From Convolutriloba macropyga (taxonomy: Eukaryota): a stretch of DNA of 64,000 nucleotides. The position numbers and the translations under genes are program-made. The DNA lies in the NCBI RefSeq assembly GCF_964194025.1, contig NC_134477.1:17360001-17424000 (forward strand), in the 5' to 3' direction. The notes under the pieces were generated by a model. It saw nothing but the letters and a program-made list of their open reading frames with translations. It did no database searches and was not told the DNA's origin. Numbering within the stretch: the first letter of the stretch is position 1; the number at the start of each line of letters is the position of its first letter. Below, piece after piece: positions 1-15,000 of this stretch.

Positions 1-3000
1 TACTCTATACGTTGTCAAATTTTGCGCTGAAAAACTAGCAATATGGTGTTTCAACATAAATCGCTTTTGAACCTAGTCAAGGACTTATTCAAATGAATTG
101 AGGGTCTAAGGAGGAGTGTCACTGTCCGAGTACAGTCTGAGGGGCAAAGAATTTTTGACCTAGGTGGTATACGAAAAAAGTACTCTATACGATGTCAAAT
201 TTCGCGCTCAAAAACTAGCTATATGGTGTTTCAACATAAATCGCTTTTGAACCTAGTCAAGGACTTATTCAAATGAATTGAGGGTCTAAGAAGGAGTGTC
301 ACTGTCCGAGTACAGTCTGAGGGGCAAAGAATTTTTGGCCTAGGTGGTATACGAAAAAAGTACTCTATACGTTGTCAAATTTCGCGCTCAAAAACTAGCT
401 ATATGGTGTTTCAACATAAATGACTTTTGAACCTAGTCAAGGACTTATTCAAATGAATTGAGGGTCTAAGGTGGAGTGTCACTGTCCGAGTACAGTCTGA
501 GGGGCAAAGAATTTTTGACCTAGGTGGTATACGAAAAAAGTACTCTATACGTTGTCAAATTTCGCGCTCAAAATCGCTATATTGTGTTTCAACATAAATC
601 GCTTTGGAACCTAGTCAAGGACTTATTCAAATGAATTGAGGGTCTAAGGAGGAGTGTCACTGTCCGAGTACAGTCTGAGGGGCAAAGAATTTTTGACCTA
701 GGTGGTATACGAAAAAAGTACTCTATACGTTGTCAAATTTCGCGCTCAAAAACTAGCTATATGGTGTTTCAACATAAATCGCTTTTGAACCTAGTCAAGG
801 ACTTATTCAAATGAATTGAGGGTCTAAGGAGGAGTGTCACTGTCCGAGTACAGTCTGAGGGGCAAAGACTTTTTGGCCTAGGTGGTATACGAAAAAAAGT
901 ACTCTATACGTTGTCAAATTTCGCGCTCAAAAACTAGCTATATGGTGTTTCAACATAAATCGCTTTTGAACCTAGTCAAGAACTTATTCAAATGAATTGT
1001 GGGTCTAAGGAGGAGTGTCACTGTCCGAGTACAGTCTGAGGGGCAAAGAATTTTTGACCTAGGTGGTATACGAAAAAAGTACTCTATACGTTGTCAAATT
1101 TCGCGCTCAAAAACTAGCTATATGGTGTTTCAACATAAATCGCTTTTGAACCTAGCCAAGGACTTATTCAAATGAATTGAGGGTCTAAGGAGGAGTGTCA
1201 CTGTCCGAGTACAGTCTGAGGGGCAAAGAATTTTTGGCCTAGGTGGTATACGAAAAAAGTACTCTATACGTTGTCAAATTTCGCGCTCAAAAACAAGCTA
1301 TATGGTGTTTCAACATAAATCGCTTTTGAACCTAGTCAAGGACTTATTCAAATGAATTGAGGGTCTAAGGAGGAGTGTCACTGTCCGAGTACAGTCTGAG
1401 GGGCAAAGAATTTTTGACCTAGGTGGTATACGAAAAAAGTACTCTATACGTTGTCAAATTTCGCGCTCAAAAACTAGCTATACGGTGTTTCAACATAAAT
1501 CGCTTTTGAACCTAGTCAAGGACTTATTTAAATGAATTGAGGGTCTAAGGAGGAGTGTCACTGTCCGAGTACAGTCTGAGGGGCAAAGAATTTTTGACCT
1601 AGGTGGTATACGAAAAAAGTATTCTATACGTTGTCAAATTTTGCGCTGAAAAACTAGCTATATGGTGTTTCAACATAAATCGCTTTTGAACCTAGTCAAG
1701 GACTTATTCAAATGAATTGAGGGTCTAAGGAGGAGTGTCACTGTCCGAGTACAGTCTGAGGGGCAAAGAATTTTTGACCTAGGTGGTATACGAAAAAAGT
1801 ACTCTATACGTTGTCAAATTTCGCGCTCAAAAACTAGCTATATGGTGTTTCAACATAAATCGCTTTTGAACCTAGTCAAGGACTTATTCAAATGAATTGA
1901 GGGTCTAAGGAGGAGTGTCACTGTCCGAGTACAGTCTGAGGGGCAAAGAATTTTTGGCCTAGGTGGTATACGAAAAAAGTACTCTATACGTTGTCAAATT
2001 TCGCGCTCAAAATAGCTATATGGTGTTTCAACATAAATCGCTTCTGAACCTAGTCAAGGACTTATTCAAATGAATTGAGGGCCTAAGGAGGAGTGTCACT
2101 GTCCGAGGACAGTCTGAGGGGCAAAGAATTTTTGACCTAGGTGGTATACGAAAAAAGTACTCTATACGTTGTCAAATTTCGCGCTCAAAAACTAGCTATA
2201 TGGTGTTTCAACATAAATCGCTTTTGAACCTAGTCAAGGACTTATTCAAATGAATTGAGGGTCTAAGGAGGAGTGTCACTGTCCAAGTACAGTCTGAGGG
2301 GCAAAGAATTTTTGACCTAGGTGGTATACGAAAAAAGTACTCTATACGTTGTCAAATTTTGCGCTGAAAAACTAGCTATATGGTGTTTCAACATAAATCG
2401 CTTTTGAACCTAGTCAAGGACTTATTCAAATGAATTGAGGGTCTAAGGAGGAGTGTCACTGTCCGAGTACAGTCTGAGGGGCAAAGAATTTTTGACCTAG
2501 GTGGTATACGAAAAAAGTACTCTATACGTTGTCAAATTTCGCGCTCAAAAACTAGCTATATGGTGTTTCAACATAAATCGCTTTTGAACCTAGTCAAGGA
2601 CTTATTCAAATGAATTGAGGGTCTAAGGAGGAGTGTCACTGTCCGAGTACAGTCTGAGGGGCAAAGAATTTTTGACCTAGGTGGTATACGAAAAAAGTAC
2701 TCTATACGTTGTCAAATTTCGCGCTCAAAAACTAGCTATTTGGTGTTTCAACATAAATCGCTCTTGAACCTAGTCAAGGACTTATTCAAATGAATTGAGG
2801 GTCTAAGGAGGAGTGTCACTGTCAGAGTACAGTCTGAGGGGCAAAGAATTTTTGACCTAGGTGGTATACGAAAAAAGTACTCTATACGTTGTCAAATTTC
2901 GCGCTCAAAAACTAGCTATATGGTGTTTCAACATAAATCGCTTTTGAAACTAGTCAAGGACTTATTCAAATGAATTGAGGGTCTAAGGAGGAGTGTCACT

Positions 3001-6000
3001 GTCCGAGTACAGTCTGAGGGGCAAAGAATTTTTGACCTAGGGTGTATACGAAAAAAGTACTCTATACGTTGTCAAATTTCGCGCTCCAAAACTAGCTATA
3101 TGGTGTTTCAACATAAATCGCTTTTGAACCTAGTCAAGGACTTATTCAAATGAATTGAGGGTCTAAGGAGGAGTGTCACTGTCCGAGTACAGTCTGAGGG
3201 GCAAAGAATTTTTGACCTAGGTGGTATACGAAAAAAGTACTCTATACGTTGTCAAATTTTGCGCTGAAAAACTAGCTATATGGTGTTTCAACATAAATCG
3301 CTTTTGAACCTAGTCAAGGACTTATTCAAATGAATTGAGGGTCTAAGGAGGAGTGTCACTGTCCGAGTACAGTCTGGGGGGCAAAGAATTTTTGACCTAG
3401 GTGGTATACGAAAAAAGTACTCTATACGTTGTCAAATTTCGCGCTCAAAAACTAGCTATATGGTGTTTCAACATAAATCGCTTTTGAACCTAGTCAAGGA
3501 CTTATTCAAATGAATTGAGGGTCTAAGGAGGATTGTCACTGTCCGAGTACAGTCTGAGGGGCAAAGAATTTTTGACCTAGGTGGTATACGAAAAAAGTAC
3601 TCTATACGTTGTCAAATTTTGCGCTGAAAAACTAGTTATATGGTGTTTCAACATAAATCGCTTTTGAACCTAGTCAAGGACTTATTCAAATGAATTGAGG
3701 GTCTAAGGAGGAGTGTCACTGTCCTAGTAAAGTCTGAGGGGCAAAGAATTTTTGACCTAGGTGGTATACGAAAAAAGTACTCCATACGTTGTCAAATTTC
3801 GCGCTCAAAATAGCTATATGGTGTTTCAACATAAATCGCTTTTGAACCCAGTCAAGGACTTATTCAAATGAATTGAGGGTCTAAGGAGGCGTGTCACTGT
3901 CCGAGTACAGCCTGAGGGGCAAAGAATTTTTGACCTAGGTGGCATACGAAAAAAATACTCTATACGTTGTCAAATTTCGCGCTCAAAAACTAGCTATATA
4001 GTGTTTCAACATAAATCGCTTTTGAACCCTAGTCAAGGACTTATTCAAATGAATTGAGGGTCTAAGAAGGAGTGTCACTGTCCGAGTACAGTCTGAGGGG
4101 CAAAGAATTTTTGACCTAGGTGGTATACGAAAAAAGTACTCTATACGTTGTCAAATTTTGCGCTGAGAAACTAGCTATATGGTGTTTCAACATAAATCGC
4201 TTTTGAACCTAGTCAAGGACTTATTCAAATGAATTGAGGGTGTAAGGAGGAGTGTCACTGTCCGAGTACAGTCTGAGGGGCAAAGAATTTTTGACCTAGG
4301 TGGTATACGAAAAAAGTACTCTATACGTTGTCAAATTTCGCGCTCAAAAACTAGCTATATGGTGTTTCAACATAAATCGCTTTTGAACCTAGTCAAGGAC
4401 TTATTCAAATGAATTGAGAGTCTAAGGAGGAGTGTCACTGTCCGAGTACAGTCTGAGGGGCAAAGAATTTTTGACCTAGGTGGTATACAAAAAAAGTACT
4501 CTATACGTTGTCAAATTTTGCGCTGAAAAACTAGCTATATGGTGTTTCAACATAAATCGCTTTTGAACCTAGTCAAGGACTTATTCAAATGAATTGAGGG
4601 TCTAAGGAGGAGTGTCACTGTCCGAGTACAGTCTGAGGGGCAAAGAATTTTTGACCTAGGTGGTATACGAAAAAAGTACTCTATACGTTGTCAAATTTCG
4701 CGCTCAAAAACTAGCTATATGGTGTTTCAACATAAATCGCTTTTGAACCTAGTCAAGGACTTATTCAAATGAATTGAGGGTCTAAGGAGGAGTGTCACTG
4801 TCCGAGTAGAGTCTGAGGGGCAAAGAATTTTTGACCTAGGTGGTATACCAAAAAAGTACTCTATACGTTGTCAAATTTCGCGCTCAAAAACTAGCTATAT
4901 GGTGTTTCAACATAAATCGCTTTTGAACCTAGTCAAGTACTTATTCAAATGAATTGAGGGTCTAAGGAGGAGTGTCACTGTCCGAGTACAGTCTGAGGAG
5001 CAAAGAATTTTAGACCTAGGTGGTATACGAAAAAAGTACTCTACACGTTGTCAAATTTCGCGCTCAAAAACTAGCTATATGGTGTTTCAACATAAATCGC
5101 TTTTGAACCTAGTCAAGGACTTATTCAAATGAATTGAGGGTCTAAGGAGGAGTGTCACTGTCCGAGTACAGTCTGAGGGGCAAAGAATTTTTGGCCTAGG
5201 TGGTATACGAAAAAAGTACTCTATACGTTGTCAAATTTCGCGCTCAAAAACTAGCTATATGGTGTTTCAACATAAATCGCTTTTGAACCTAGTCAAGGAC
5301 TTATTCAAATGAATTGAGGGTCTAAGGAGGAGTGTCACTGTCCGAGTACAGTCTGAGGGGCAAAGAATTTTTGACCTAGGTGGTATACGAAAAAAGTACT
5401 CTATACGTTGTCAAATTTCGCGCTCAAAAACTAGCTATATGGTGTTTCAACATAAATCGCTTTTGAACCTAGTCAAGGACTTATTCAAATGAATTGAGGG
5501 TCTAAGGAGGAGTGTCACTGTCCGAGTACAGTCTGAGGGGCAAAGAATTTTTGACCTAGGTGGTATACGAAAAAAGTACTCTATACGTTGTCAAATTTCG
5601 CGCTCAAAAACTAGCTATATGGTGTTTCAACATAAATCGCTTTTGAACCTAGTCAAGGACTTATTCAAATGAATTGAGGGTCTAAGGAGGAGTGTCACTG
5701 TCCGAGTACAGTCTGAGGGGCAAAGAAATTTTGACCTAGGTGGTATACGAAAAAAGTACTCTATACGTTGTCAAATTTTGCGCTGAAAAACTAGCTATAT
5801 GGTGTTTCAACATAAATCGCTTTTGAACCTAGTCAAGGACTTATTCAAATGAATTGGGGGTCTAAGGAGGAGTGTCACTGTCCGAGTACAGTCTGAGGGG
5901 CAAAGAATTTTTGGCCTAGGTGGTATACGAAAAAAGTACTCTATACGTTGTCAAATTTCGCGCTCAAAAACTAGCTATATGGTGTTTCAACATAAATCGC

Positions 6001-9000
6001 TTTTGAACCTAGTCAAGGACTTATTCAAATGAATTGAGGGTCTAAGGAGGAGTCTCACTCATTGAGTACAGTCTGAGGGGCAAAGAATTTTTGACCTAGG
6101 TGGTATACGAAAAAAGTAATCTATACGTTGTCAAATTTCGCGCTCAAAACAGCTATATGGTGTTTCAACATAAATCGCTTTTGAACCTAGTCAAGGACTT
6201 ATTCAAATGAATTGAGGGTCTAAGGAGGAGTGTCACTTCACTGTCCGAGTACAGTCTGAGGGGCAAAGAATTTTTGACCTAGGTGGTATACGAAAAAAGT
6301 ACTCTATACGTTGTCAAATTTCGCGCTCAAAAACTAGCTATATGCTGTTTCAACATAAATCGCTTTTGAACCTAGTCAAGGACTTATTCAAATGAATTGA
6401 GGGTCTAAGGAGGAGTGTCACTGTCCGAGTACAGTCTGAGGGGCAAAGAATTTTTGACCTAGGTGGTATACGAAAAAAGTACTCTATACGTTGTCAAATT
6501 TTGCGCTGAAAAACTAGCTATATGGTGTTTCAACATAAATCGCTTTTGAACCTAGTCAAGGACTTATTCAAATGAATTGAGGGTCTAAGGAGGAGTGTCA
6601 CTGTCCGAGTACAGTCTGAGGGGCAAAGAATTTTTGACCTAGGTGGTATACGAAAAAAGTACTCTATACGTTGTCAAATTTCGCGCTCAAAAACTAGCTA
6701 TATGGTGTTTCAACATAAATCGCTTTTGAACCTAGTCAAGGACTTATTCAAATGAATTGAGGGTCTAAGGAGGAGTGTCACTGTCCGAGTACAGTCTGAG
6801 GGGCAAAGAATTTTTGACCTAGGTGGTATACGAAAAAAGTACTCTATACGTTGTCAAATTTCGCGCTCAAAAACTAGCTATATGGTGTTTCAACATAAAT
6901 CGCTTTTGAACCTAGTCAAGGACTTATTCAAATGAATTGAGGGTCTAAGGAGGAGTGTCACTGTCCGAGTGCAGTCTGAGGGGCAAAGAATTTTTGACCT
7001 AGGTGGTATACGAAAAAAGTACTCTATACGTTGTCAAATTTTGCGCCGAAAAACTAGCTATATGGTGTTTCAACATAAATCGCTTTTGAACCTAGTCAAG
7101 GACTTGTTCAAATGAATTGAGGGTCTAAGGAGGAGTGTCACTGTCCGAGTACAGTCTGAGGGGCAAAGAATTTTTGACCTAGGTGGTATACGAAAAAAGT
7201 ACTCTATACGTTGTCAAATTTTGCGCTGAAAAACTAGCTATATGGTGTTTCAACATAAATCGCTTTTGAACCTAGTCAAGGACTTATTCAAATGAATTGA
7301 GGGTCTAAGGAGGAGTGTCACTGTCCGAGTACAGTATGAGGGGCAAAGAATTTTTGACCTAGGTGGTATACGAAAAAAGTACTCTATACGTTGTCAAATT
7401 TCGCGCTCAAAAACTAGCTATATGGTGTTTCAACATAAATCGCTTTTGAACCTAGTCAAGGACTTATTCAAATGAATTGAGGGTCTAAGGAGGAGTGTCA
7501 CTGTCCGAGTACAGTCTGAGGGGCAAAGAATTTTTGACCTAGGTGCTATACGAAAAAAGTACTCTATACGTTGTCAAATTTGGCGCTCAAAAACTAGCTA
7601 TATGGTGTTTCAACATAAATCGCTTTTGAACCTAGTCAAGGACTTATTCAAATGAATTGAGGGTCTAAGGAGGAGTGTCACTGTCCGAGTGCAGTCTGAG
7701 GGGCAAAGAATTTTTGACCTAGGTGGTATACGAAAAAAGTACTCTATACGTTGTCAAATTTCGCGCTCAAAAACTAGCTATATGGTGTTTCAACATAAAT
7801 CGCTTTTGAACCTAGTCAAGGACTTATTCAAATGAATTGAGGGTCTAAGGAGGAGTGTCACTGTCCGAGTACAGTCTGAGGGGCAAAGAATTTTTGACCT
7901 AGGTGGTATACGAAAAAAGTACTCTATACGTTGTCAAATTTCGCGCTCAAAAACTAGCTATATGGTGTTTCAACATAAATCGCTTTTGAACCTAGTCAAG
8001 GACTTATTCAAATGAATTGAGGGTCTAAGGAGGAGTGTCATTGTCCGAGTACAGTCTGAGGGGCAAAGAATTTTTGACCTAGGTGGTATACGAAAAAAGT
8101 ACTCTATACGTTGTCAAATTTCGCGCTCAAAAACTAGCTATATGGTGTTTCAACATAAATCGCTTTTGAACCTAGTCAAGGACTTATTCAAATGAATTGA
8201 GGGTCTAAGGAGGAGTGTCACTGTCCGAGTACAGTCTGAGGGGCAAAGAATTTTTGACCTAGGTGGTATACGAAAAAAGTACTCTATACGTTGTCAAATT
8301 TCGCGCTCAAAAACTAGCTATATGGTGTTTCAACATAAATCGCTTTTGAACCTAGTCAAGGACTTATTCAAATGAATTGAGGGTCTAAGGAGGAGTGTCA
8401 CTGTCCGAGTACAGTCTGAGGGGCAAAGAGTTTTTGGCCTAGGTGGTATACGAAAAAAGTACTCTATACGTTGTCAAATTTCGCGCTCAAAAACTAGCTA
8501 TATGGTGTTTCAACATAAATCGCTTTTGAACCTAGTCAAGGATTTATTCAAATGAATTGAGGGTCTAAGGAGGAGTGTCACTGTCCGAGTACAGTCTGAG
8601 GGCTAAAGATATTTTGACCTAGGTGGTATACGAAAAAAGTACTCTATACGTTGTCAAATTTCGCGCTCAAAAACTAGCTATATGGTGTTTCAACATAAAT
8701 CGCTTTTGAACCTAGTCAAGGACTTATTCAAATGAATTGAGGGTCTAAGGAGGAGTGTCGCTGTCCGAGTACAGTCTGAGGGGCAAAGAATTTTTGACCT
8801 AGGTGGTATACGAAAAAAGTACTCTATACGTTGTCAAATTTTGCGCTGAAAAACTAGCTATATGGTGTTTCAACATAAATCGCTTTTGAACCTAGTCAAG
8901 GACTTATTCAAATGAATTGAGGGTCTAAGGAGGAGTGTCACTGTCCGAGTACAGTCTGAGGGGCAAAGAGTTTTTGGCCTAGGTGGTATACGAAAAAGTA

Positions 9001-12000
9001 CTCTATACGTTGTCAAATTTCGCGCTCAAAAACTAGCTATATGGTGTTTCAACATAAATCGCTTTTGAACCTAGTCAAGGACTTATTCAAATGAATTGAG
9101 GGTCTAAGGAGGAGTGTCACTGTCCGAGTACAGTCTGAGGGCTAAAGATATTTTGACCTAGGTGGTATACGAAAAAAGTACTCTATACGTTGTCAAATTT
9201 CGCGCTCAAAAACTAGCTATATGGTGTTTCAACATAAATCGCTTTTGAACCTAGTCAAGGACTTATTCAAATGAATTGAGGGTCTAAGGAGGAGTGTCAC
9301 TGTCCGAGTACAGTCTGAGGGGCAAAGAATTTTTGACCTAGGTGGTATACGAAAAAAGTACTCTATACGTTGTCAAATTTCGCGCTCAAAAACTAGCTAT
9401 ATGGTGTTTCAACATAAATCGCTTTTGAACCTAGTCAAGGACTTATTCAATTGAATTGAGGGTCTAAGGAGGAGTGTCACTGTCCGAGTACAGTCTGAGG
9501 GGCAAAGAATTTTTGACCTAGGTGGTATACGAAAAAAGAACTCTATACGTTGTCAAATTTCGCGCTGAAAAACTAGCTATATGGTGTTTCAACATATATC
9601 GCTTTTGAACCTAGTCAAGGACTTATTCAAATGAATTGAGGGTCTAAGGAGGAGTGTCACTGTCCGAGTACAGTCTGAGGGGCAAAGAATTTTTGACCTA
9701 GGTGGTATACGAAAAAAGTACTCTATACGTTGTCAAATTTCGCGCTCAAAAACTAGCTATATGGTGTTTCAACATAAATCGCTTTTGAACCTAGTCAAGG
9801 ACTTATTCAAATGAAGTGAGGGTCTAAGGAGGAGTGTCACTGTCCGAGTACAGTCTGAGGGGCAAAGAATTTTTGACCTAGGTGGTATACGAAAAAAGTA
9901 CTCTATACGTTGTCAAATTTCGCGCTCAAAAACTAGCTATATGGTGTTTCAACATAAATCGCTTTTGAACCTAGTCAAGGACTTATTCAAATGAATTGAG
10001 GGTCTAAGGAGGAGTGTCACTGTCCGAGTACAGTCTGAGGGGCAAAGAGTTTTTGGCCTAGGTGGTATACGAAAAAAGTACTCTATACGTTGTTAAATTT
10101 CGCGCTCAAAAACTAGCTATATGGTGTTTCAACATAAATCGCTTTTGAACCTAGTCAAGGACTTATTCAAATGAATTGAGGGTCTAAGGAGGAGTGTCAC
10201 TGTCCGAGTACAGTCTGAGGGGCAAAGAATTTTTGACCTAGGTGGTATACGAAAAAAGTACTCTATACGTTGTCAAATTTCGCGCTCAAAAACTAGCTAT
10301 ATGGTGTTTCAACATAAATCGCATTTGAACCTAGTCAAGGACTTATTCAAATGAATTGAGGGTCTAAGGAGGAGTGTCACTGTCCGAGTGCAGTCTGAGG
10401 GGCAAAGAATTTTTGACCTAGGTGGTATACGAAAAAAGTACTCTATACGTTGTCAAATTTTGCGCCGAAAAACTAGCTATATGGTGTTTCAACATAAATC
10501 GCTTTTGAACCTAGTCAAGGACTTATTCAAATGAATTGAGGGTCTAAGGAGGAGTGTCACTGTCCGAGTACAGTCTGAGGGGCAAAGAATTTTTGACCTA
10601 GGTGGTATACGAAAAAAGTACTCTATACGTTGTCAAATTTCGCGCTCAAAAACTAGCTATATGGTGTTTCAACATAAATCGCTTTTGAACCTAGTCAAGG
10701 ACTTATTCAAATGAATTGAGGGTCTAAGGAGGAGTGTCACTGTCCGAGTACAGTCTGAGGGGCAAAGAATTTTTGACCTAGGTGGTATACGAAAAAAGTA
10801 CTCTATACGTTGTCAAATTTCGCGCTCAAAAACTAGCTATATGGTGTTTCAACATAAATCGCTTTTGAACCTAGTCAAGGACTTATTCAAATGAAGTGAG
10901 GGTCTAAGGAGGAGTGTCACTGTCCGAGTACAGTCTGAGGGGCAAAGAATTTTTGACCTAGGTGGTATACGAAAAAAGTACTCTATACGTTGTCAAATTT
11001 CGCGCTCAAAAACTAGCTATATGGTGTTTCAACATAAATCGCTTTTGAACCTAGTCAAGGACTTATTCAAATGAATTGAGGGTCTAAGGAGGAGTGTCAC
11101 TGTGCGAGTACAGTCTGAGGGGCAAAGAATTTTTGACCCAGGTGGTATACGAAAAAAGTACTCTATACGTTGTCAAATTTCGCGCTCAAAAACTAGCTAT
11201 ATGGTGTTTCAACATAAATCGCTTTTGAACCTAGTCAAGGATTTATTCAAATGAATTGAGGGTCTAAGGAGGAGTGTCACTGTCCGAGTACAGTCTGAGG
11301 GGTAAAGATATTTTGACCTAGCTGATATACGAAAAAAGTACTCTATACGTTGTCAAATTTCGCGCTCAAAAACTAGCTATATGGTGTTTCAACATAAATC
11401 GCTTTTGAACCTAGTCAAGGACTTATTCAAATGAATTGAGGGTCCATGGAGGAGTGTCACTGTCCGAGTACAGTCTGAGGGTTAAAGAATTTTTGACCTA
11501 GGTGGTATACAAAAAAAGTACTCTACACGTCAAATTTCGCGCTCAAAAACTAGCTATATGGTGTTTCAACATAAATCGCTTTTGAACCTAGTCAAGGACT
11601 TATTCAAAGGAATTGAGGGTCTAAGGAGGAGTGTCACTGTTTGAGTACAGTCTGAGGGGCAAAGAATTTTTGACCTAGGTGGTATACGAAAAAAGTACTC
11701 TATACGTTGTCAAATTTCGCGCTCAAGAACTAGCTACATGGTGCTTCAACATAAATCGCTTTTGAACCTAGTCAAGGACTTCTTCAAATGAATTGAGGGT
11801 TTAAGGAGGAGTGTCACTGTCCGAGTACAGTCTGAGGGGCAAAGAGTTTTTGGCCTAGGTGGTATACGAAAAAAGTACTCTATACGTTGTCAAATTTCGC
11901 GCTCAAAAACTAGCTATATGGTGTTTTAACATAAATCGCTTTTGAACCTAGTCAAGGACTTATTCAAATGAATTGAGGGTCTAAGGAGGAGTGTCACTGT

Positions 12001-15000
12001 CCGAGTACAGTCTGAGGGGCAAAGAATTTTTGACCTAGGTGGTATACGAAAAAAGTACTCTATACGTTGTCAAATTTCGCGCTCAAAAACTAGCTATATG
12101 GTGTTTCAACATAAATCGCTTTTGAACCTAGTCAAGGACTTATTCAAATGAATTGAGGGTCTAAGGAGGAGTGTCACTGTCCGAGTACAGTCTGAGGGGC
12201 AAAGAATTTTTGACCTAGGTGGTATACGAAAAAAGTACTCTATACGTTGTCAAATTTCGCGCTCAAAAACTAGCTATATGGTGTTTCAACATAAATCGCT
12301 TTTGAACCTAGTCAAGGACTTATTCAAATGAAGTGAGGGTCTAAGGAGGAGTGTCACTGTCCGAGTACAGTCTGAGGGGCAAAGAATTTTTGACCTAGGT
12401 GGTATACGAAAAAAGTACACTATACGTTGTCAAATTTCGCGCTCAAAAACTAGCTATATGGTGTTTCAACATAAATCGCTTTTGAACCTAGTCAAGGACT
12501 TATTCAAATGAATTGAGGGTCTAAGGAGGAGTGTCACTGTGCGAGTCCAGTCTGAGGGGCAAAGAGTTTTTGGCCTAGGTGGTATACGAAAAAAGTACTC
12601 TATACGTTGTTAAATTTCGCGCTCAAAAACTAGCTATATGGTGTTTCAACATAAATCGCTTTTGAACCTAGTCAAGGATTTATTCAAATGAATTGAGGGT
12701 CTAAGGAGGAGTGTCACTGTCCGAGTACAGTCTGAGGGGTAAAGATATTTTGACCTAGCTGATATACGAAAAAAGTACTCTATACGTTGTCAAATTTCGC
12801 GCTCAAAAACTAGCTATATGGTGTTTCAACATAAATCGCTTTTGAACCTAGTCAAGGACTTATTCAAATGAATTGAGGGTCCATGGAGGAGTGTCACTGT
12901 CCGAGTACAGTCTGAGGGTTAAAGAATTTTTGACCTAGGTGGTATACAAAAAAAGTACTCTACACGTCAAATTTCGCGCTCAAAAACTAGCTATATGGTG
13001 TTTCAACATAAATCGCTTTTGAACCTAGTCAAGGACTTATTCAAAGGAATTGAGGGTCTAAGGAGGAGTGTCACTGTTTGAGTACAGTCTGAGGGGCAAA
13101 GAATTTTTGACCTAGGTGGTATACGAAAAAAGTACTCTATACGTTGTCAAATTTCGCGCTCAAGAACTAGCTACATGGTGCTTCAACATAAATCGCTTTT
13201 GAACCTAGTCAAGGACTTCTTCAAATGAATTGAGGGTTTAAGGAGGAGTGTCACTGTCCGAGTACAGTCTGAGGGGCAAAGAGTTTTTGGCCTAGGTGGT
13301 ATACGAAAAAAGTACTCTATACGTTGTCAAATTTCGCGCTCAAAAACTAGCTATATGGTGTTTCAACATAAATCGCTTTTGAACCTAGTCAAGGACTTAG
13401 TCAAATGAATTGAGTGTCTAAGGAGGAGTGTCACTGTCCGAGTACAGTCTGAGGGGTAAAGAGTTTTTGGCCTAGGTGGTATACGAAAAAAGTACTCTAT
13501 ACGTTGTTAAATTTCGCGCTCAAAAACTAGCTATATGGTGTTTCAACATAAATCGCTTTTGTACCTAGTCAAGGACTTATTCAAATGAATTGAGGGTCTA
13601 AGGAGGAGTGTCACTGTCCGAGTACAGTCTGAGGGGTAAAGATATTTTGACCTAGGTGATATACGAAAAAAGTACTCTATACGTTGTCAAATTTCGCGCT
13701 CAAAAACTAGCTATATGGTGTTTCAACATAAATCGCTTTTGAACCTAGTCAAAGACTTATTCAAATGAATTGAGGGTCCATGGAGGAGTGTCACTGTCCG
13801 AGTACAGTCTGAGGGTTAAAGAATTTTTGACCTAGGTGGTATACAAAAAAAGTACTCTACACGTCAAATTTCGCGCTCAAAAACTAGCTATATGGTGTTT
13901 CAACATAAATCGCTTTTGAACCTAGTCAAGGACTTATTCAAAGGAATTGAGGGTCTAAGGAGGAGTGTCACTGTTTGAGTACATTCTGAGGGGCAAAGAA
14001 TTTTTGACCTAGGTGGTATACGAAAAAAGTACTCTATACGTTGTCAAATTTCGCGCTCAAGAACTAGCTACATGGTGTTTCAACATAAATCGCTTTTGAA
14101 CCTAGTCAAGGACTTCTTCAAATGAATTGAGGGTTTAAGGAGGAGTGTCACTGTCCGAGTAAAGTCTGAGGGGCAAAGAGTTTTTGGCCTAGGTGGTATA
14201 CGAAAAAAGTACTCTATACGTTGTCAAATTTCGCGCTCAAAAACTAGCTATATGGTGTTTCAACATAAATCGCTTTTGAACCTAGTCAAGGACTTATTCA
14301 AATGAATTGAGGGTCTAAGGAGGAGTGTCACTGTCCGAGTGCAGTCTGAGGGGCAAAGAATTTTTGACCTAGGTGGTATACGAAAAAAGTACTCTATACG
14401 TTGTCAAATTTTGCGCCGAAAAACTAGCTATATGGTGTTTCAACATAAATCGCTTTTGAACCTAGTCAAGGACTTATTCAAATGAATTGAGGGTCTAAGG
14501 AGGAGTGTCACTGTCCGAGTACAGTCTGAGGGGCAAAGAATTTTTGACCTAGGTGGTATACGAAAAAAGTACTCTATACGTTGTCAAATTTCGCGCTCAA
14601 AAACTAGCTATATGTTGTTTCAACATAAATCGCTTTTGAACCTAGTCAAGGACTTATTCAAATGAATTGAGGGTCTAAGGAGGAGTGTCACTGTCCGAGT
14701 GCAGTCTGAGGGGCAAAGAATTTTTGACCTAGGTGGTATACGAAAAAAGTACTCTATACGTTGTCAAATTTTGCGCCGAAAAACTAGCTATATGGTGTTT
14801 CAACATAAATCGCTTTTGAACCTAGTCAAGGACTTATTCAAATGAATTGAGGGTCTAAGGAGGAGTGTCACTGTCCGAGTACAGTCTGAGGGGCAAAGAA
14901 TTTTTGACCTAGGTGGTATACGAAAAAAGTACTCTATACGTTGTCAAATTTCGCGCTCAAGAACTAGCTACATGGTGTTTCAACATAAATCGCTTTTGAA

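Noticed and set aside
61-170. 90-bp sub-repeat or TIR-derived origin of the monomer (TTTTGA(A)CCTAG twice, 88 bp apart; CCTAG also in the terminus)
   Set aside because: Similarity is limited to ~11 bp and the rest of the two halves do not align.
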